NCBI GenBank assembly: GCA_963793105.1
Contig: CAWBZB010000003.1
Coordinates: 453,155 to 517,154, forward strand
DNA length: 64,000 nucleotides
Direction of reading: 5' to 3'
Source: an uncultured bacterium
GTDB lineage: Bacteria > Actinomycetota > Actinomycetes > S36-B12
Positions within the stretch are counted from its first letter, which is position 1. Each line of letters opens with the position of its first letter. The notes under the pieces are model-generated. The model did no database searches and was not told the DNA's origin. It was given only the letters and a program-made list of their open reading frames with translations. Of this stretch, positions 21,691 to 32,056 are shown piece after piece. Position numbers and translations under genes: made by a program.

Positions 21691-22413
21691 TCAGGCCCGC
21701 CCGGAATCCTTGACCAGACGGGCGGCCTCGGCCGGGTCGGTGGGCCCCTCTCCGAAGGCCGGGCACCAGCGGGCCACGGGGCAGGCCCCGCACGCCGGAC
21801 GGCGAGCATGGCATCGGCGGCGGCCGTGCCAGATGACCCGGTGCGACAGCAGCGTCCAGTCCTTCCGCGGGAACAGCGCCATGAGGTCGGCCTCGATCCT
21901 CTCGGGGTCGGTCTCCTGCGTCCATCCGAAGCGTCGCGCGAGTCGCCCCAGGTGCGTGTCGACCGTGATCCCCGGGACGCCGAAGGCATCGCCCAGCACG
22001 ACGTTGGCGGTCTTGCGGCCCACCCCGGGCAGGGTCACGAGATCGTCGAGCCGGCCGGGAACCTCACCCCCGTACCGGTCGCACAGGGCCTGGCCCAGCG
22101 CCTGGAGGGTCTTCGACTTCTGCCGGAAGAACCCGGTCGGGGTGACGATCTCCTCAAGGTCGCCCAGTCGCGCGGAGGCGTAGGCGGCCGCATCGGGGTA
22201 GCGGCGGAAGAGGGCGGGGGTCACCGAGTTGACCCGCTGGTCCGTGCACTGCGCGCTGAGGATCGTGGCCACGAGGAGCTCGAGGGGCGTGGTGAAGTCG
22301 AGCTCGCAGTGGGCGTCGGGATAGGTCTCGCCCAGGACGCGGAACATCTTCCGTGCGCGCCTGGTCAGGGCAGTGCGATCCTCGGTCTGCACCTTCGCCG
22401 GGGACTGCGCCAT
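21691..22413 (-). CDS. nth: Endonuclease III
   Basis: [16 protein letters not shown] Hh[22 protein letters not shown] 4Fe-4S motif. Confidence 0.95.
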   Translation of the reverse strand: MAQSPAKVQTEDRTALTRRARKMFRVLGETYPDAHCELDFTTPLELLVATILSAQCTDQRVNSVTPALFRRYPDAAAYASARLGDLEEIVTPTGFFRQKSKTLQALGQALCDRYGGEVPGRLDDLVTLPGVGRKTANVVLGDAFGVPGITVDTHLGRLARRFGWTQETDPERIEADLMALFPRKDWTLLSHRVIWHGRRRCHARRPACGACPVARWCPAFGEGPTDPAEAARLVKDSGRA

Positions 22414-22516
22414 GTCGCTAGCGTAAGTGGACATTCGGCCCAGAGGGCCTGCGGTGGTGGCGCGGCGGGCCGGATACGACAGAATGCGCCTACTGCCACC
22501 CGGGGAGGAAGAAGTC

Positions 22517-23191
22517 GTGGACGACGCCTTCATGCAGTCACCGCTCTTCGCGGCGCTGGACGCCGAGGGCGCGGCTGCCCTGCGAGCCTCGCTGACCGCG
22601 ACGGAGTTCCCCAAGGGCGCCGTCCTCTTCCATGAGGGAGAGCCGGGCGACCACATGTACGTGATCGTCGAGGGCAAGGTGAAGCTCGGGCAGACGTCGA
22701 ACGACGGCCGGGAGTCGCTGCTCGGCGTCCTGGGCCCGGGCGAGATGTTCGGCGAGCTCAGCCTGTTCGATCCGGGCATGCGGACCTCGACGGCCACTGC
22801 GCTCACCGACGCGACCGTCCTCGGCCTCGGCCACGACCAGCTCACGCCCTGGCTCTCCGGGCGGCCGGAGGTGGCCGCCGCCCTCCTCATGGCCCTGGCC
22901 CGGCGGCTGCGTCGCACCAACGAGGCGATGGCCGATCTGGTCTTCTCGGACGTGCCTGGCCGCGTGGCCAAGGCGCTCATGGATCTTGGCGAGAAGTTCG
23001 GCGCCGTCAGCTCCGAGGGCCTCATGGTCACCCACGACATGACCCAGGAGGAGCTGGCCCAGCTGGTGGGCGCGTCCCGCGAGACGGTGAACAAGGCCCT
23101 GGCGGACTTCGCGCAGCGGGGCTGGATCCGGCTGGAGTCGCGACAGGTGCTGATCCTGGACGTCGAGCGGCTGGGACGTCGAGCCCGCTAG
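22517..23191 (+). CDS. crp: Crp/Fnr-family regulator (GlxR/CRP)
   Basis: [14 protein letters not shown] cNMP-binding motif; [23 protein letters not shown]. Confidence 0.93.
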   Translation: MDDAFMQSPLFAALDAEGAAALRASLTATEFPKGAVLFHEGEPGDHMYVIVEGKVKLGQTSNDGRESLLGVLGPGEMFGELSLFDPGMRTSTATALTDATVLGLGHDQLTPWLSGRPEVAAALLMALARRLRRTNEAMADLVFSDVPGRVAKALMDLGEKFGAVSSEGLMVTHDMTQEELAQLVGASRETVNKALADFAQRGWIRLESRQVLILDVERLGRRAR

Positions 23192-23199
23192 CACCCCTT

Positions 23200-23287
23200 C
23201 GTTGAGTGGTCGCTGGCGCACGCCGCGGCTGGCTGGCGGAGGTGCACGAGCGACCACTCGACGGGAAGGCGGAGCGACCACTCAACG
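23200..23287. repeat. REP-like hairpin, family 2, copy A plus a partial extra arm
   Basis: CGTTGAGTGGTCGCTGGCGCAC-N20-GTGCACGAGCGACCACTCGACG (23200-23263); extra GAGCGACCACTCAACG at 23272-23287. Confidence 0.8.
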
Positions 23288-24103
23288 GCCGGCTAGATAG
23301 TCGAGCTGCGCGCGGACGGTGAGCTCCGCGGCCGGCCACACCTCGCGCGGCACGTCGGCATAGACGATCGCCACGATCTGCGAGGCATCGAGGACGCCGG
23401 CGGCCACCACGGACTCAACCTCGGCCAGCCTGGCGCGACGGTGCGCGAGGTAGGCATCGATGACCTCCCCCGGAGACGCGATCGCGGGGCCATGCCCGGG
23501 CAGCAGGTGACTCGGCGCGGTGTCGGCGGCGAGGTCACGCAGCCGCAGCAGGCTCTCCAGGTAGTCCCCGAGCCGGCCGTCCGGCCAGGCCACCAACGAG
23601 GTGCCACGGCCGAGCACGGTGTCGCCGGTCAGGAGCACGTCGGCGTGCGGCACCAGGAATGACACGCTGTCGGCACTGTGGCCCGGGGTGCTGACCACCT
23701 CGATGCGCCAGTCGCCGAGCCCCACCGACTCGCCGGCGACCAGCCCCTCCGACCCCAGCCGGTGAGCAGGGTCGAGGGCCAGGACGTCCGCTCGCACCGA
23801 CTCGCCGAACTCCCGCGCTCCCTCGGAGTGGTCGACATGGCCGTGCGTCAGCAGGACCACCGCGATACGGACTCCGGCGTCATCGGCCGCCAGCCGGATG
23901 GCCGCCAGATGGCCCTCATGCGCGGGGCCCGGGTCGACGACCGCGGCCACGTCACTCCCCGGCGCTGTCAGCAGCCAGGTGTTCGTGCCGTCGAGGGTCC
24001 ACGGGGACGGATTAGGGGCGAGGATGCAGCGCGCCGAGGGCGTGACCGCGCCCCCCGACCAGTCGGCCGTCGAGCCGACCAAGGGGAGCACATGGCCGCT
24101 CAC
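23282..24103 (-). CDS. MBL-fold metallo-hydrolase
   Basis: APNPSPWTLDGTNT, THGHVDH, TPGHS, TGD, PGHG. Confidence 0.9.
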   Translation of the reverse strand: MSGHVLPLVGSTADWSGGAVTPSARCILAPNPSPWTLDGTNTWLLTAPGSDVAAVVDPGPAHEGHLAAIRLAADDAGVRIAVVLLTHGHVDHSEGAREFGESVRADVLALDPAHRLGSEGLVAGESVGLGDWRIEVVSTPGHSADSVSFLVPHADVLLTGDTVLGRGTSLVAWPDGRLGDYLESLLRLRDLAADTAPSHLLPGHGPAIASPGEVIDAYLAHRRARLAEVESVVAAGVLDASQIVAIVYADVPREVWPAAELTVRAQLDYLAGR

Positions 24104-24849
24104 GGCGCGGGATCCGTCGCCGGCCGGCCGTCCGTCTCCCGGGTGTGCGGCATCCGGATCCGGTCGACGAGCACCTCGCCTGTCCGCTCGTGCACCAGCG
24201 CCCAGCGGGAGTGGCCGGCGTCGTCGTCCATGAGCCGGGGCAGCAGGGGCACGACCGCCCGCCCTCGGGCATCCGCGAGGAAGTCCGCGGCGCTGGTGAA
24301 GCCCGCCAGTCGCGCGAGGACCGCCTCGGTGGGCGGCAGCATCGCCATCCGACCGGCCGCGAACTGCGCGAGCGCCTCGGCAGGCCTGATCCAGCCCGCC
24401 CGGTCGGCCTCCGTCGTCGTGAGCCGTGCCTGCCCCTCGGACACGGTCACGGCGAAGAAGCGCACGTCGTAGCGGCGAGACTCGGTCTCCGGGGTCACCC
24501 AGTGGTCGATGAGCGGCAGGACGTCCGGATCGATCACCAGCCGTCCCTCTCGATCACGGTCGGCCACGACGATGTCCGCCTCCTCGGCCGTCTCGCGCAC
24601 CGCGCACGAGTACAGCGCGCGGATGCCGGCCTCGTCGGTGCTGCCCCGCTCGGCCAGGGCGACCACATCCGTCGTCGTGAAGCGCACTCGCTCTCGCATG
24701 TCGACCTCGTCGACCCGACCGCCCGGAAAGACGTGCATGTTCGGCGCGAAGGCCATCGACGCCACGCGCCGCATGATGAACGTCTCAGGCCCGGCGTCGG
24801 TGTCTCGCAGGAGGACGACCGTTGCCGCGGGCCGGACCGTGCCGGTCAC
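24100..24849 (-). CDS. NUDIX hydrolase (NUDT19-like)
   Basis: AATVVLLRD, VFPGG, AVRETAEE, WVTP, RRYDVRFF, LPPT. Confidence 0.88.
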   Translation of the reverse strand: MTGTVRPAATVVLLRDTDAGPETFIMRRVASMAFAPNMHVFPGGRVDEVDMRERVRFTTTDVVALAERGSTDEAGIRALYSCAVRETAEEADIVVADRDREGRLVIDPDVLPLIDHWVTPETESRRYDVRFFAVTVSEGQARLTTTEADRAGWIRPAEALAQFAAGRMAMLPPTEAVLARLAGFTSAADFLADARGRAVVPLLPRLMDDDAGHSRWALVHERTGEVLVDRIRMPHTRETDGRPATDPAP

Positions 24850-25311
24850 CTAGTCAGCGAGTTCCACGATGATCTCGACCTCGACGGGCGCGTCCAGGGG
24901 CAGCGCAGCCACGCCGACGGCGGACCGGGCGTGGGCCCCGAAGTCCCCGAAGGCCTCCAGCAGCAGGTTGCTGGCCCCGTTGATGACGGCGGGCTGGCCG
25001 GTGAAGTCGGGGGTGCTGGCGACGAAGCCGACCACCTTGACGACCCGGATGACCGACTCGAGGAGGGCGACAGACTTCACCGCGGCGATGGCGTTGAGGG
25101 CGCAGATGGCAGCGAGCTCGGTGGCCTGCTCCGGGGTGATCTCCGCACCGACCTTGCCGGTGGCGACGAGGGACCCGTCGACGATCGGCAACTGGCCCGA
25201 GGTGTACACGTAGCGCCCGCTCACGATGGCCGGGACGTAGGCGGCCACCGGGGGAACGACCTCGTGCACGGTCAGCCCCATGGCGGCCAGGCGGTCTTCG
25301 ACGGTAGGCAT
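24850..25311 (-). CDS. RidA-family protein
   Basis: PVAAYVP, TSGQLP, HARSAVGVAALPLDAPVEVE. Confidence 0.9.
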   Translation of the reverse strand: MPTVEDRLAAMGLTVHEVVPPVAAYVPAIVSGRYVYTSGQLPIVDGSLVATGKVGAEITPEQATELAAICALNAIAAVKSVALLESVIRVVKVVGFVASTPDFTGQPAVINGASNLLLEAFGDFGAHARSAVGVAALPLDAPVEVEIIVELAD

Positions 25312-25472
25312 CAGCTGTTCTCCCTCGCTCGCTTGAGGTAGGCCACCATGTTCTCGGGATTGGGACCGGGGACGACCTGGACGAGCTCCCACCCGTCCTG
25401 GCCCCAGGTATCGAGAATCTGCTTGGTCGCGTGGACGAGAAGCGGGACGGTCGCGTACTCCCAGGTGGTCAT
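25311..25472 (-). CDS. DUF4177 small protein (Rv3678A-like)
   Basis: Manual translation MTTWEYATVPLLVHATKQILDTWGQDGWELVQVVPG...YLKR, 53 aa; below the ORF-track cutoff. Confidence 0.85.
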   Translation of the reverse strand: MTTWEYATVPLLVHATKQILDTWGQDGWELVQVVPGPNPENMVAYLKRARENS

Positions 25473-25526
25473 GCCCCGACACTAGTCCGAACTCCCTCGA
25501 CGGGAACATCCGAATAGGCTGAACCA

Positions 25527-26516
25527 ATGACTGGGCGACTGTGGCCGGACGTGGCCCTGCACGTCGTTTCCGGCAAGGGCGGCACGGGCAAGACGACGGT
25601 GGCCGCGGCGATGGCCCTGGCCCTGGCCCGCGACGGGCGCCGCACGCTCCTGGTGGAGGTGGAGGGCCGGCAGGGCATCGCGCAGCTCTTCGACACCCCG
25701 CCGCTGCCCTACGAGGAGCGCAAGGTGGCCGTCGCCCCCGGCGGCGGCGGCGTGTGGGCGCTGGCGATCGATGCGCAGGAGGCCCTCCTGGACTACCTGG
25801 AGAGCTTCTACAACCTGCGGCGGGCCGGCTCTGCCCTCAAGCGCATGGGTGCGGTCGACTTCGCGACGACCATCGCACCCGGACTGCGCGACGTCCTCCT
25901 CACCGGCAAGGCGGTCGAGGTCGTACGACGGCAGGAGAAGAAGGCGAGCGACAGATATGACGCGGTCGTGCTCGACGCACCGCCGACCGGCCGCATCGCG
26001 AAGTTCCTCAACGTGAACTCCGAGATCTCCGGGCTGGCCAAGGTCGGTCCCATTCGCAACCACGCCGACCTCGTCATGGGCGTCATCGCGTCCGAACGCA
26101 CCGCGGTGCATCTGGTGACCCTGCTGGAGGAGATGCCGGTCCAGGAGACCCTGGACGGGGTGGCCGAGCTGCACGCCGAGGGACTGCCGGTCGGCGGAGT
26201 GATCGTCAACATGACCCGACCGCCGGTGCTCGACGAGGCAGCACTCGCCGCCGCCCTCGACGGGAGCCTGCCGGCGGGTGCCATCCGAGGGGCCATCGAG
26301 CGCGCCGGGTTGACGGCGCACGAGGAGGAGATCCTCCCGGCCCTGCTGAAGGAGGCCGCCGACCATGCCCGGCGGGTCGCCCTCGAGCAGCGGGAGATGG
26401 CCCGCATCGAGGAGCTCGGGCTGCCCACCTTCGTCCTGCCGCTGCTCGCGGGCGGCGTCGACCTGGGTGGGCTGTACGAGCTGGCAGACGTGCTCGCGGA
26501 GGGCGGGATCGGATGA
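25527..26516 (+). CDS. ArsA/Get3-family ATPase (Rv3679-like)
   Basis: SGKGGTGKTT, DAPPTGR, LLEEMPVQET. Confidence 0.9.
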   Translation: MTGRLWPDVALHVVSGKGGTGKTTVAAAMALALARDGRRTLLVEVEGRQGIAQLFDTPPLPYEERKVAVAPGGGGVWALAIDAQEALLDYLESFYNLRRAGSALKRMGAVDFATTIAPGLRDVLLTGKAVEVVRRQEKKASDRYDAVVLDAPPTGRIAKFLNVNSEISGLAKVGPIRNHADLVMGVIASERTAVHLVTLLEEMPVQETLDGVAELHAEGLPVGGVIVNMTRPPVLDEAALAAALDGSLPAGAIRGAIERAGLTAHEEEILPALLKEAADHARRVALEQREMARIEELGLPTFVLPLLAGGVDLGGLYELADVLAEGGIG

Positions 26517-27706
26517 CGGCCTCCCGGTTCGCCGACGCGCCCAAGCTGGCGATCGACGACATCCTCGCCGACCCGAGCATCCACATCATCGTGTGCACGG
26601 GGGCCGGCGGCGTCGGCAAGACCACGACCGCTGCGGCTCTCGGCCTTCGAGCAGCTGAGCAGGGTCGTGACGTGTGCGTCCTGACGATCGACCCGGCCAA
26701 GCGGCTCGCGCAGGCGATGGGGCTGTCGACCCTGGACAACACTCCGCGCCAGGTTCCGGGCGTCTGCGCTCCGGACGGCTCCGGCTCGCTGTTCGCGATG
26801 ATGCTGGACATGAAGCGCACCTTCGACGAGGTGGTCGAGGGACACGCGGACCCGGTGAGGGCGGAGCAGATCCTGTCCAACCCGTTCTACCAGGCGCTCT
26901 CGTCGTCGTTCGCCGGCACGCAGGAGTACATGGCGATGGAGAAGCTCGGCCAGCTGCGCGTGCGCGCCGAGGAGGAGGGCACCTGGGACCTCATCGTCGT
27001 CGACACGCCCCCCTCGCGGAGTGCGCTCGACTTCCTCGACGCTCCCGCTCGGCTCGGCTCCTTCCTCGACGGACGGTTCATCCGCATCCTCACCGCCCCG
27101 GCCCGTGGCGCCGGTCGGGGGATCGGCCGCATCGCGGCGCTGGGGTTCGGCCTGTTCACCAACGTGCTGAACAAGATCCTCGGCGCCCAGGTGCTGGCCG
27201 ACGTCGGCACCTTCGTCGCCGCGATCGACACCACATTCGGGGGGTTCCGGGAGCGGGCGGACGCCACCTACGAGCTGCTCAAGGACGAGGGCACGTCGTT
27301 CGTCGTGATCGCGGCGCCCGAGCGGGACGCCCTGCGCGAGGCGGCCTACTTCGTCGAGCGGCTGCGGACGGACGAGATGCCCCTGGCCGGACTCGTGCTG
27401 AACCGCGTCCAGCCGGTCATCGACCCCGAGTTCACCAGCGAGCAGGCCTCCGCCGGGGCACAGGTCCTCATGGAACTGGCCGAGGAGGCCCCCGCCGACG
27501 AGGCTGCGGATGATCGACTCACGGCCGCCCTCATGACGCTGCATGCCCAGCGGGCCAGCCTCGCGGCGCGCCAGCGTCACCTGGCCGATCGTTTCACGGC
27601 GGCCCATCCGGGCGTTCCGGTCAGCGCGGTCCCGGCGCTGGCCGAGGACGTTCATGATCTCGAGGGGCTGCGGACGGTGGGGCACCTGCTCGCCGGACCG
27701 CTCTAG
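26513..27706 (+). CDS. ArsA/Get3-family ATPase (Rv3680-like)
   Basis: GAGGVGKTT, TIDPAKRLA, GTQEYMAMEKL, DTPPSRSALDFL. Confidence 0.9.
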   Translation: MTASRFADAPKLAIDDILADPSIHIIVCTGAGGVGKTTTAAALGLRAAEQGRDVCVLTIDPAKRLAQAMGLSTLDNTPRQVPGVCAPDGSGSLFAMMLDMKRTFDEVVEGHADPVRAEQILSNPFYQALSSSFAGTQEYMAMEKLGQLRVRAEEEGTWDLIVVDTPPSRSALDFLDAPARLGSFLDGRFIRILTAPARGAGRGIGRIAALGFGLFTNVLNKILGAQVLADVGTFVAAIDTTFGGFRERADATYELLKDEGTSFVVIAAPERDALREAAYFVERLRTDEMPLAGLVLNRVQPVIDPEFTSEQASAGAQVLMELAEEAPADEAADDRLTAALMTLHAQRASLAARQRHLADRFTAAHPGVPVSAVPALAEDVHDLEGLRTVGHLLAGPL

Positions 27707-27889
27707 CGCACTTCGTGACTGGTGCTGCAGTCGATGGCCGCAGCTGATCGTTCCGGCGGATCCGGACTCATCGCGGGCAGGGCTTCTTCATGTCCGCGAG
27801 CGACTGGTAGTTGGCGCAGGTCTTTGCGCGTCGGTCAGAGGGCGCGGCCGCCTGGGAAGCAGTGCCGTGATGAGCAGGAGCGCCCGGCC

Positions 27890-28204
27890 TCAGCCGGCGC
27901 GCTCGGACGTGCCGGTGAGGATGCGATGCCGCTCGTACTCGTCCTGCGCGGTCTGCAGCAGATGCCGCCACGAGGTGACGTTGGGGCGTCGGCGCAGGAG
28001 GGCGCGGCGCTCGCGCTCCGTCATGCCCCCCCAGACCCCGAACTCCACGCGGTTGTCGAGTGCGTCCGCCAGGCATTCGGTTCGGACCTCGCACCCGACG
28101 CAGATGGCCTTCGCCCGATTCTGGGCGGCGCCTTGCACGAAAAGAGTGTCCGGATCTGTCGTGCGGCAAGCCGCCTGAGTGGCCCAATCGGTGTCAAAGG
28201 TCAT
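27890..28204 (-). CDS. whiB4: WhiB-family Fe-S regulator (WhiB4/WblA)
   Basis: W...C...FVQGAAQNRAKAICVGCEVRTECLADAL...FGVWGGMTERERR; divergent from ponA. Confidence 0.9.
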   Translation of the reverse strand: MTFDTDWATQAACRTTDPDTLFVQGAAQNRAKAICVGCEVRTECLADALDNRVEFGVWGGMTERERRALLRRRPNVTSWRHLLQTAQDEYERHRILTGTSERAG

Positions 28205-28395
28205 TCTCGCAATACACCCCTCACCTGGTCGCGTGTCGGCGGACGTTACGCCGTCCAGTATCGCGCAGGAAGGCTATATATGACTAGTGGTCATGGTTCT
28301 AACGAGTTATTCTGCGCCGTCAGAGCGGAATTCGGGGGCGGGGGCGTGAGCCGGTTGTGCTACGAGGGAACCAAGGCGCTTACCCTGAACGTCTG

Positions 28396-30606
28396 ATGAG
28401 CATGCAGCAGCCACCTGGGCGCCGGCCCGGGCCTATCGGAATCCTGGCCCGGATCGGCGGGATCGTGGTGGCCGCGACCGTGGCCGGACTGCTGGTCGGT
28501 TTCATGTTCGTGCCCTTCGTCGGCGGCGCGGGCGTGGTCACCCGCGACATCGTCAAGAACTTCGAGAACCTCCCCGAGGCGCTGAGCGTTCCCCCGCTCC
28601 CCCAGCGCTCGATCATCCTGGCCTCCGACGGATCCATCCTGGCCACGCTCTACTACCAGAACCGCGTCGAGGTGCCGCTCGACAGCATCTCCCCGGTCAT
28701 GCGGCAGGCGACCGTGGCCGTCGAGGACGCTCGCTTCCTCGACCACAACGGAGTCGACCTCCGCGGCGTCATCAGATCCCTGGCCACCAACGCGAGCGCC
28801 GGCGGGATCGAGCAGGGCAGCTCGACCCTGACGATGCAGTACGTCAAGAACGTCCTGGTCAACCAGGCCACCACGGCCGACGAGCTCGACGCCGCCAAGG
28901 GCGACACTGCCGCCCGCAAGCTCCGTGAGGTGCGCTACGCCCTCGGCCTGGAGAAGATCTTCACCAAGGCCGAGATCCTCGAGCGGTACCTCAACATCGC
29001 CTACTTCGGCGCCGGCGCGTACGGGATCGAGGCGGCGGCCCGCCGCTACTTCTCCAAGCCGGCCGCCGACCTCGACCTCGCCGAGTCCGCCACCCTGGCC
29101 GGCATCGTCCAGCAGCCCACCGCCTACGACCCGCTGCGCAACCCGGAGCTGAGCACCACTCGCCGGAACGTGGTCCTGCGCCGGATGGTCGAGGCGGGAT
29201 TCATCACGGAGGTGCAGGCCGACCGCGCGGCGCTCAAGCCCATGAAGGATCTGCTGGAGCCCTCGCTCACCACCAACGGATGCACGTCGTCCTACGCCCC
29301 GTACTTCTGCGACTACGTCGTCCAGACCATCCGCCAGGACCCGACCTTCGGCAACTCCCCGGAGGAGCGCGAGGCGTTCCTCCGGCGCGGTGGGTACACC
29401 ATTCGCACGACCCTCGACCCGCAGGCCCAGAACGGCGCCTTCGAGACCGTGACGGACTACATCCCCATCAAGGACAACAGCAAGCGCGCCGCCGCCATCT
29501 CCATGGTGGAGCCCGGCACGGGCCACGTCCTCGCCATGGCGCAGAACCGCGAATGGGGCACGTCCGGCAAGGGAAAGACGACGTACAACTACAACGTCGG
29601 CCGGGACATGGGCGGCACCATCGGCATGCAGGCGGGATCGACCTTCAAGGTCTTCGCCCTGGCCGCCGCCCTCGAGGACGGCATCTCGCCCTTCGAGTAC
29701 ATCCCGTCGTACAGCCCGAAGACGTTCAACAACTTCAAGAACTGCACGACCGGCAAGAAGTTCAAGCCGGTCACGGTCCGCAACTCCACCACGTCGGGGA
29801 CTCTCGACATGGCGCGGGCCACTGCGTACTCCACCAACACCTACTTCATGACGCTCGAGGAGCGCACGGGAATCTGTCGACCAGCCGAGATCGCCGAGTC
29901 CATGGGGGTCAAGCTCGGCAACGGCGACCCGCTGCTGCGGGTGCCCACCCTCGCCATCGGCACGATGGAGGTCACCCCGCTGGCCATGGCCAATGCCTAC
30001 GCCACGTTCGCCGCTCACGGGATCTACTGCAAGCCCGTGGTCATCCTCGATATCCGCGACCGTGAAGGCGTGCGACTGCCCGTTCCGGACGGCGACTGCA
30101 CCCGCGTTCTCAAGCGCGACGTGGCCGACACGGTGACCGTCATGCTCAACGGCGTCGTGAACGGATCCATCCCCGGTCGCACCGGGCAGGAGATGGCACT
30201 GGAGGAGCGACAGGTCGCCGGCAAGACCGGCACGACGAACGACTCGGCCGCCGTCTGGTTCGCCGGGTACACCCCGCAGCTGGCGTCGGCCGTATGGGTG
30301 GGCGACCCTCGCGGCGGCTACGCCCACCCGATGAAGAAGGTGACCATCAAGGGCACCTACTACCCGCAGGTCTACGGCGGAACGCTTCCCGGCCCCATCT
30401 GGCGCGACGCCATGGAGATCGCCCTCCAGGGCAAGGAGCCCCTGAAGTTCAGTATCAAGAACAAGTACGGCCTGACGACGGATGACCCGTACGTCTATGT
30501 GCCGCCGCCAGTGACGTCCACGCCGAGTGAGCCGGCCGAGCCGTCCACCCCCGAGCCGCCGAGCTTCGACAACAGCGACGCGGCCACCGTGGGCGCGTCG
30601 GAGTAA
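28396..30606 (+). CDS. ponA: Class A penicillin-binding protein (transglycosylase/transpeptidase, PonA2-like)
   Basis: EDARFLDHNGVD, GSSTLTMQYVKN, RKLRE, GSTFK, KTGT. Confidence 0.93.
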   Translation: MSMQQPPGRRPGPIGILARIGGIVVAATVAGLLVGFMFVPFVGGAGVVTRDIVKNFENLPEALSVPPLPQRSIILASDGSILATLYYQNRVEVPLDSISPVMRQATVAVEDARFLDHNGVDLRGVIRSLATNASAGGIEQGSSTLTMQYVKNVLVNQATTADELDAAKGDTAARKLREVRYALGLEKIFTKAEILERYLNIAYFGAGAYGIEAAARRYFSKPAADLDLAESATLAGIVQQPTAYDPLRNPELSTTRRNVVLRRMVEAGFITEVQADRAALKPMKDLLEPSLTTNGCTSSYAPYFCDYVVQTIRQDPTFGNSPEEREAFLRRGGYTIRTTLDPQAQNGAFETVTDYIPIKDNSKRAAAISMVEPGTGHVLAMAQNREWGTSGKGKTTYNYNVGRDMGGTIGMQAGSTFKVFALAAALEDGISPFEYIPSYSPKTFNNFKNCTTGKKFKPVTVRNSTTSGTLDMARATAYSTNTYFMTLEERTGICRPAEIAESMGVKLGNGDPLLRVPTLAIGTMEVTPLAMANAYATFAAHGIYCKPVVILDIRDREGVRLPVPDGDCTRVLKRDVADTVTVMLNGVVNGSIPGRTGQEMALEERQVAGKTGTTNDSAAVWFAGYTPQLASAVWVGDPRGGYAHPMKKVTIKGTYYPQVYGGTLPGPIWRDAMEIALQGKEPLKFSIKNKYGLTTDDPYVYVPPPVTSTPSEPAEPSTPEPPSFDNSDAATVGASE

Positions 30607-30647
30607 CCGCGAACATCGCGATCAGCCCTCGGATCCCGGGGCGGTCC

Positions 30648-31113
30648 TCAGATCCCGAGTGCGGCCTTGACCTGCGCGGCAACCTGCGCGCCGTCGGAAC
30701 GCCCTTTCACCTGCGGCTGCACGCGCTTCATGACCTCGCCCATGGCGGCCCGGCCGGAGGCGCCGGTCGCCACCACGTCGGCCACCGCGGCATCGATGAT
30801 CGTGCGGACCTCGAGATCTGACAGCGGCATCGGCAGGTAGCGCGCAATGACCTCGAGCTCGGCTCGTTCGCGGTCGGCCAGCTCCGGGCGGAGGGCTCCG
30901 TCGTAGGCGTCCGCGGACTCGCGTCGCTTCTTGGCCTCACGGCTCGAGCACGGTGAGGACGTCATCGTCGCTGAGCTCCCTGGCCTCCTTGCCGGAGACC
31001 TCCTCGTTGGTCACGGCCGTGAGCACCATGCGGATCGTGGCAGCCGTCACCTCGTCCCGCGACTTGATGGCACCGGTGAGGTCGGCCTGCAACTGGTCCT
31101 TGAGTGCGCTCAT
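30648..31113 (-). CDS. GatB/YqeY-domain protein; apparent +1 frameshift near 30945
   Basis: MSALKDQLQADLTGAIKSRDE...VLTVL, then REAKKRRESA...YLP...MGEVMK...GRSDG in the next frame. Confidence 0.85.
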
Positions 31114-31171
31114 GGCTTCATTCTCTCACCGCCGGAACCGCGCTGACGGGTCGTCCGTGCGACCATGAGGC

Positions 31172-32056
31172 ATGCGCAGAACCACGAGGGTCCTGGCGGG
31201 TACCGCTGCCGCGGGTGTCGCCGGACTGGCCTACGCCTACTGGGAGGCCTCGGCGTTCACGCTGCGCCGGGTGACGGCGACGGTGCTTCCGGCCGGGCAG
31301 CGGGACCTGCGGATCCTGCACGTGTCCGACCTCCACCTCGTGCCGGGGCAGCGCAAGAAGCAGGACTGGGTGCGCTCGCTGTCGGAACTGCGGCCGGATG
31401 CCGTCATCGTCACCGGAGACTTCCTCTCGCACCCCGACGCCGTGCCGCATGTGCTCGACACCCTGGATCCGCTGTTCGACGTGCCCGGAGCGTTCGTTCT
31501 CGGCAGCAACGACTACTACGCACCCCGTCCGCTCAACTGGGCGAGATACCTCAACGGACCGTCCCAGCTCGAGCCGAATCGTCCGATGCTGCCGTGGGAG
31601 GATCTCGTCGACGGGCTCACGACCAACGGCTGGCTCGACCTCGGCAACACGCGCGCGACCATGAAGGTTGACGGGCGCGAGATCGACGTGCGCGGAGTGG
31701 ACGACCCGCACATCAGCCGCGACCGGTACGACCAGGTCGCCGGCCCGTTCGACCCCGCTGCGGATCTCGCCCTGGGCGTGACGCACGCGCCGTACCTGCG
31801 GGTGCTGGACGCCATGGCCGCCGACGGCGCCGACCTGGTGCTGGCCGGCCACACGCACGGGGGGCAGCTGTGCGTCCCCGGGGTCGGAGCCCTGGTGACG
31901 AACTGCGACCTGCCGCGCACGCAGGCCAAGGGCCTGTCGTCGCACGACGGCGCCGCCCTGCACGTGTCCGCCGGCCTCGGGACGTCCCCCTACGCACCCG
32001 TGCGCTTCGCCTGCCGCCCTGAGGCGACCCTGCTCACCCTCACGCCTTCTCGTTGA
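31172..32056 (+). CDS. Metallophosphoesterase (Rv3683-like)
   Basis: SDLH, TGD, GSNDY, AGHTHGGQ, SAGLGTS. Confidence 0.9.
   Translation: MRRTTRVLAGTAAAGVAGLAYAYWEASAFTLRRVTATVLPAGQRDLRILHVSDLHLVPGQRKKQDWVRSLSELRPDAVIVTGDFLSHPDAVPHVLDTLDPLFDVPGAFVLGSNDYYAPRPLNWARYLNGPSQLEPNRPMLPWEDLVDGLTTNGWLDLGNTRATMKVDGREIDVRGVDDPHISRDRYDQVAGPFDPAADLALGVTHAPYLRVLDAMAADGADLVLAGHTHGGQLCVPGVGALVTNCDLPRTQAKGLSSHDGAALHVSAGLGTSPYAPVRFACRPEATLLTLTPSR

Noticed and set aside
25527-27706. Arsenic resistance operon
   Set aside because: The ArsA-like pair matches the conserved Rv3679/Rv3680 Get3-like type; no arsB, arsC or arsR nearby.
28360-30327. Long antisense ORFs (also 39289-41193, 48304-50397, 52856-54568)
   Set aside because: Expected stop-poor shadows of real genes in high-GC DNA.
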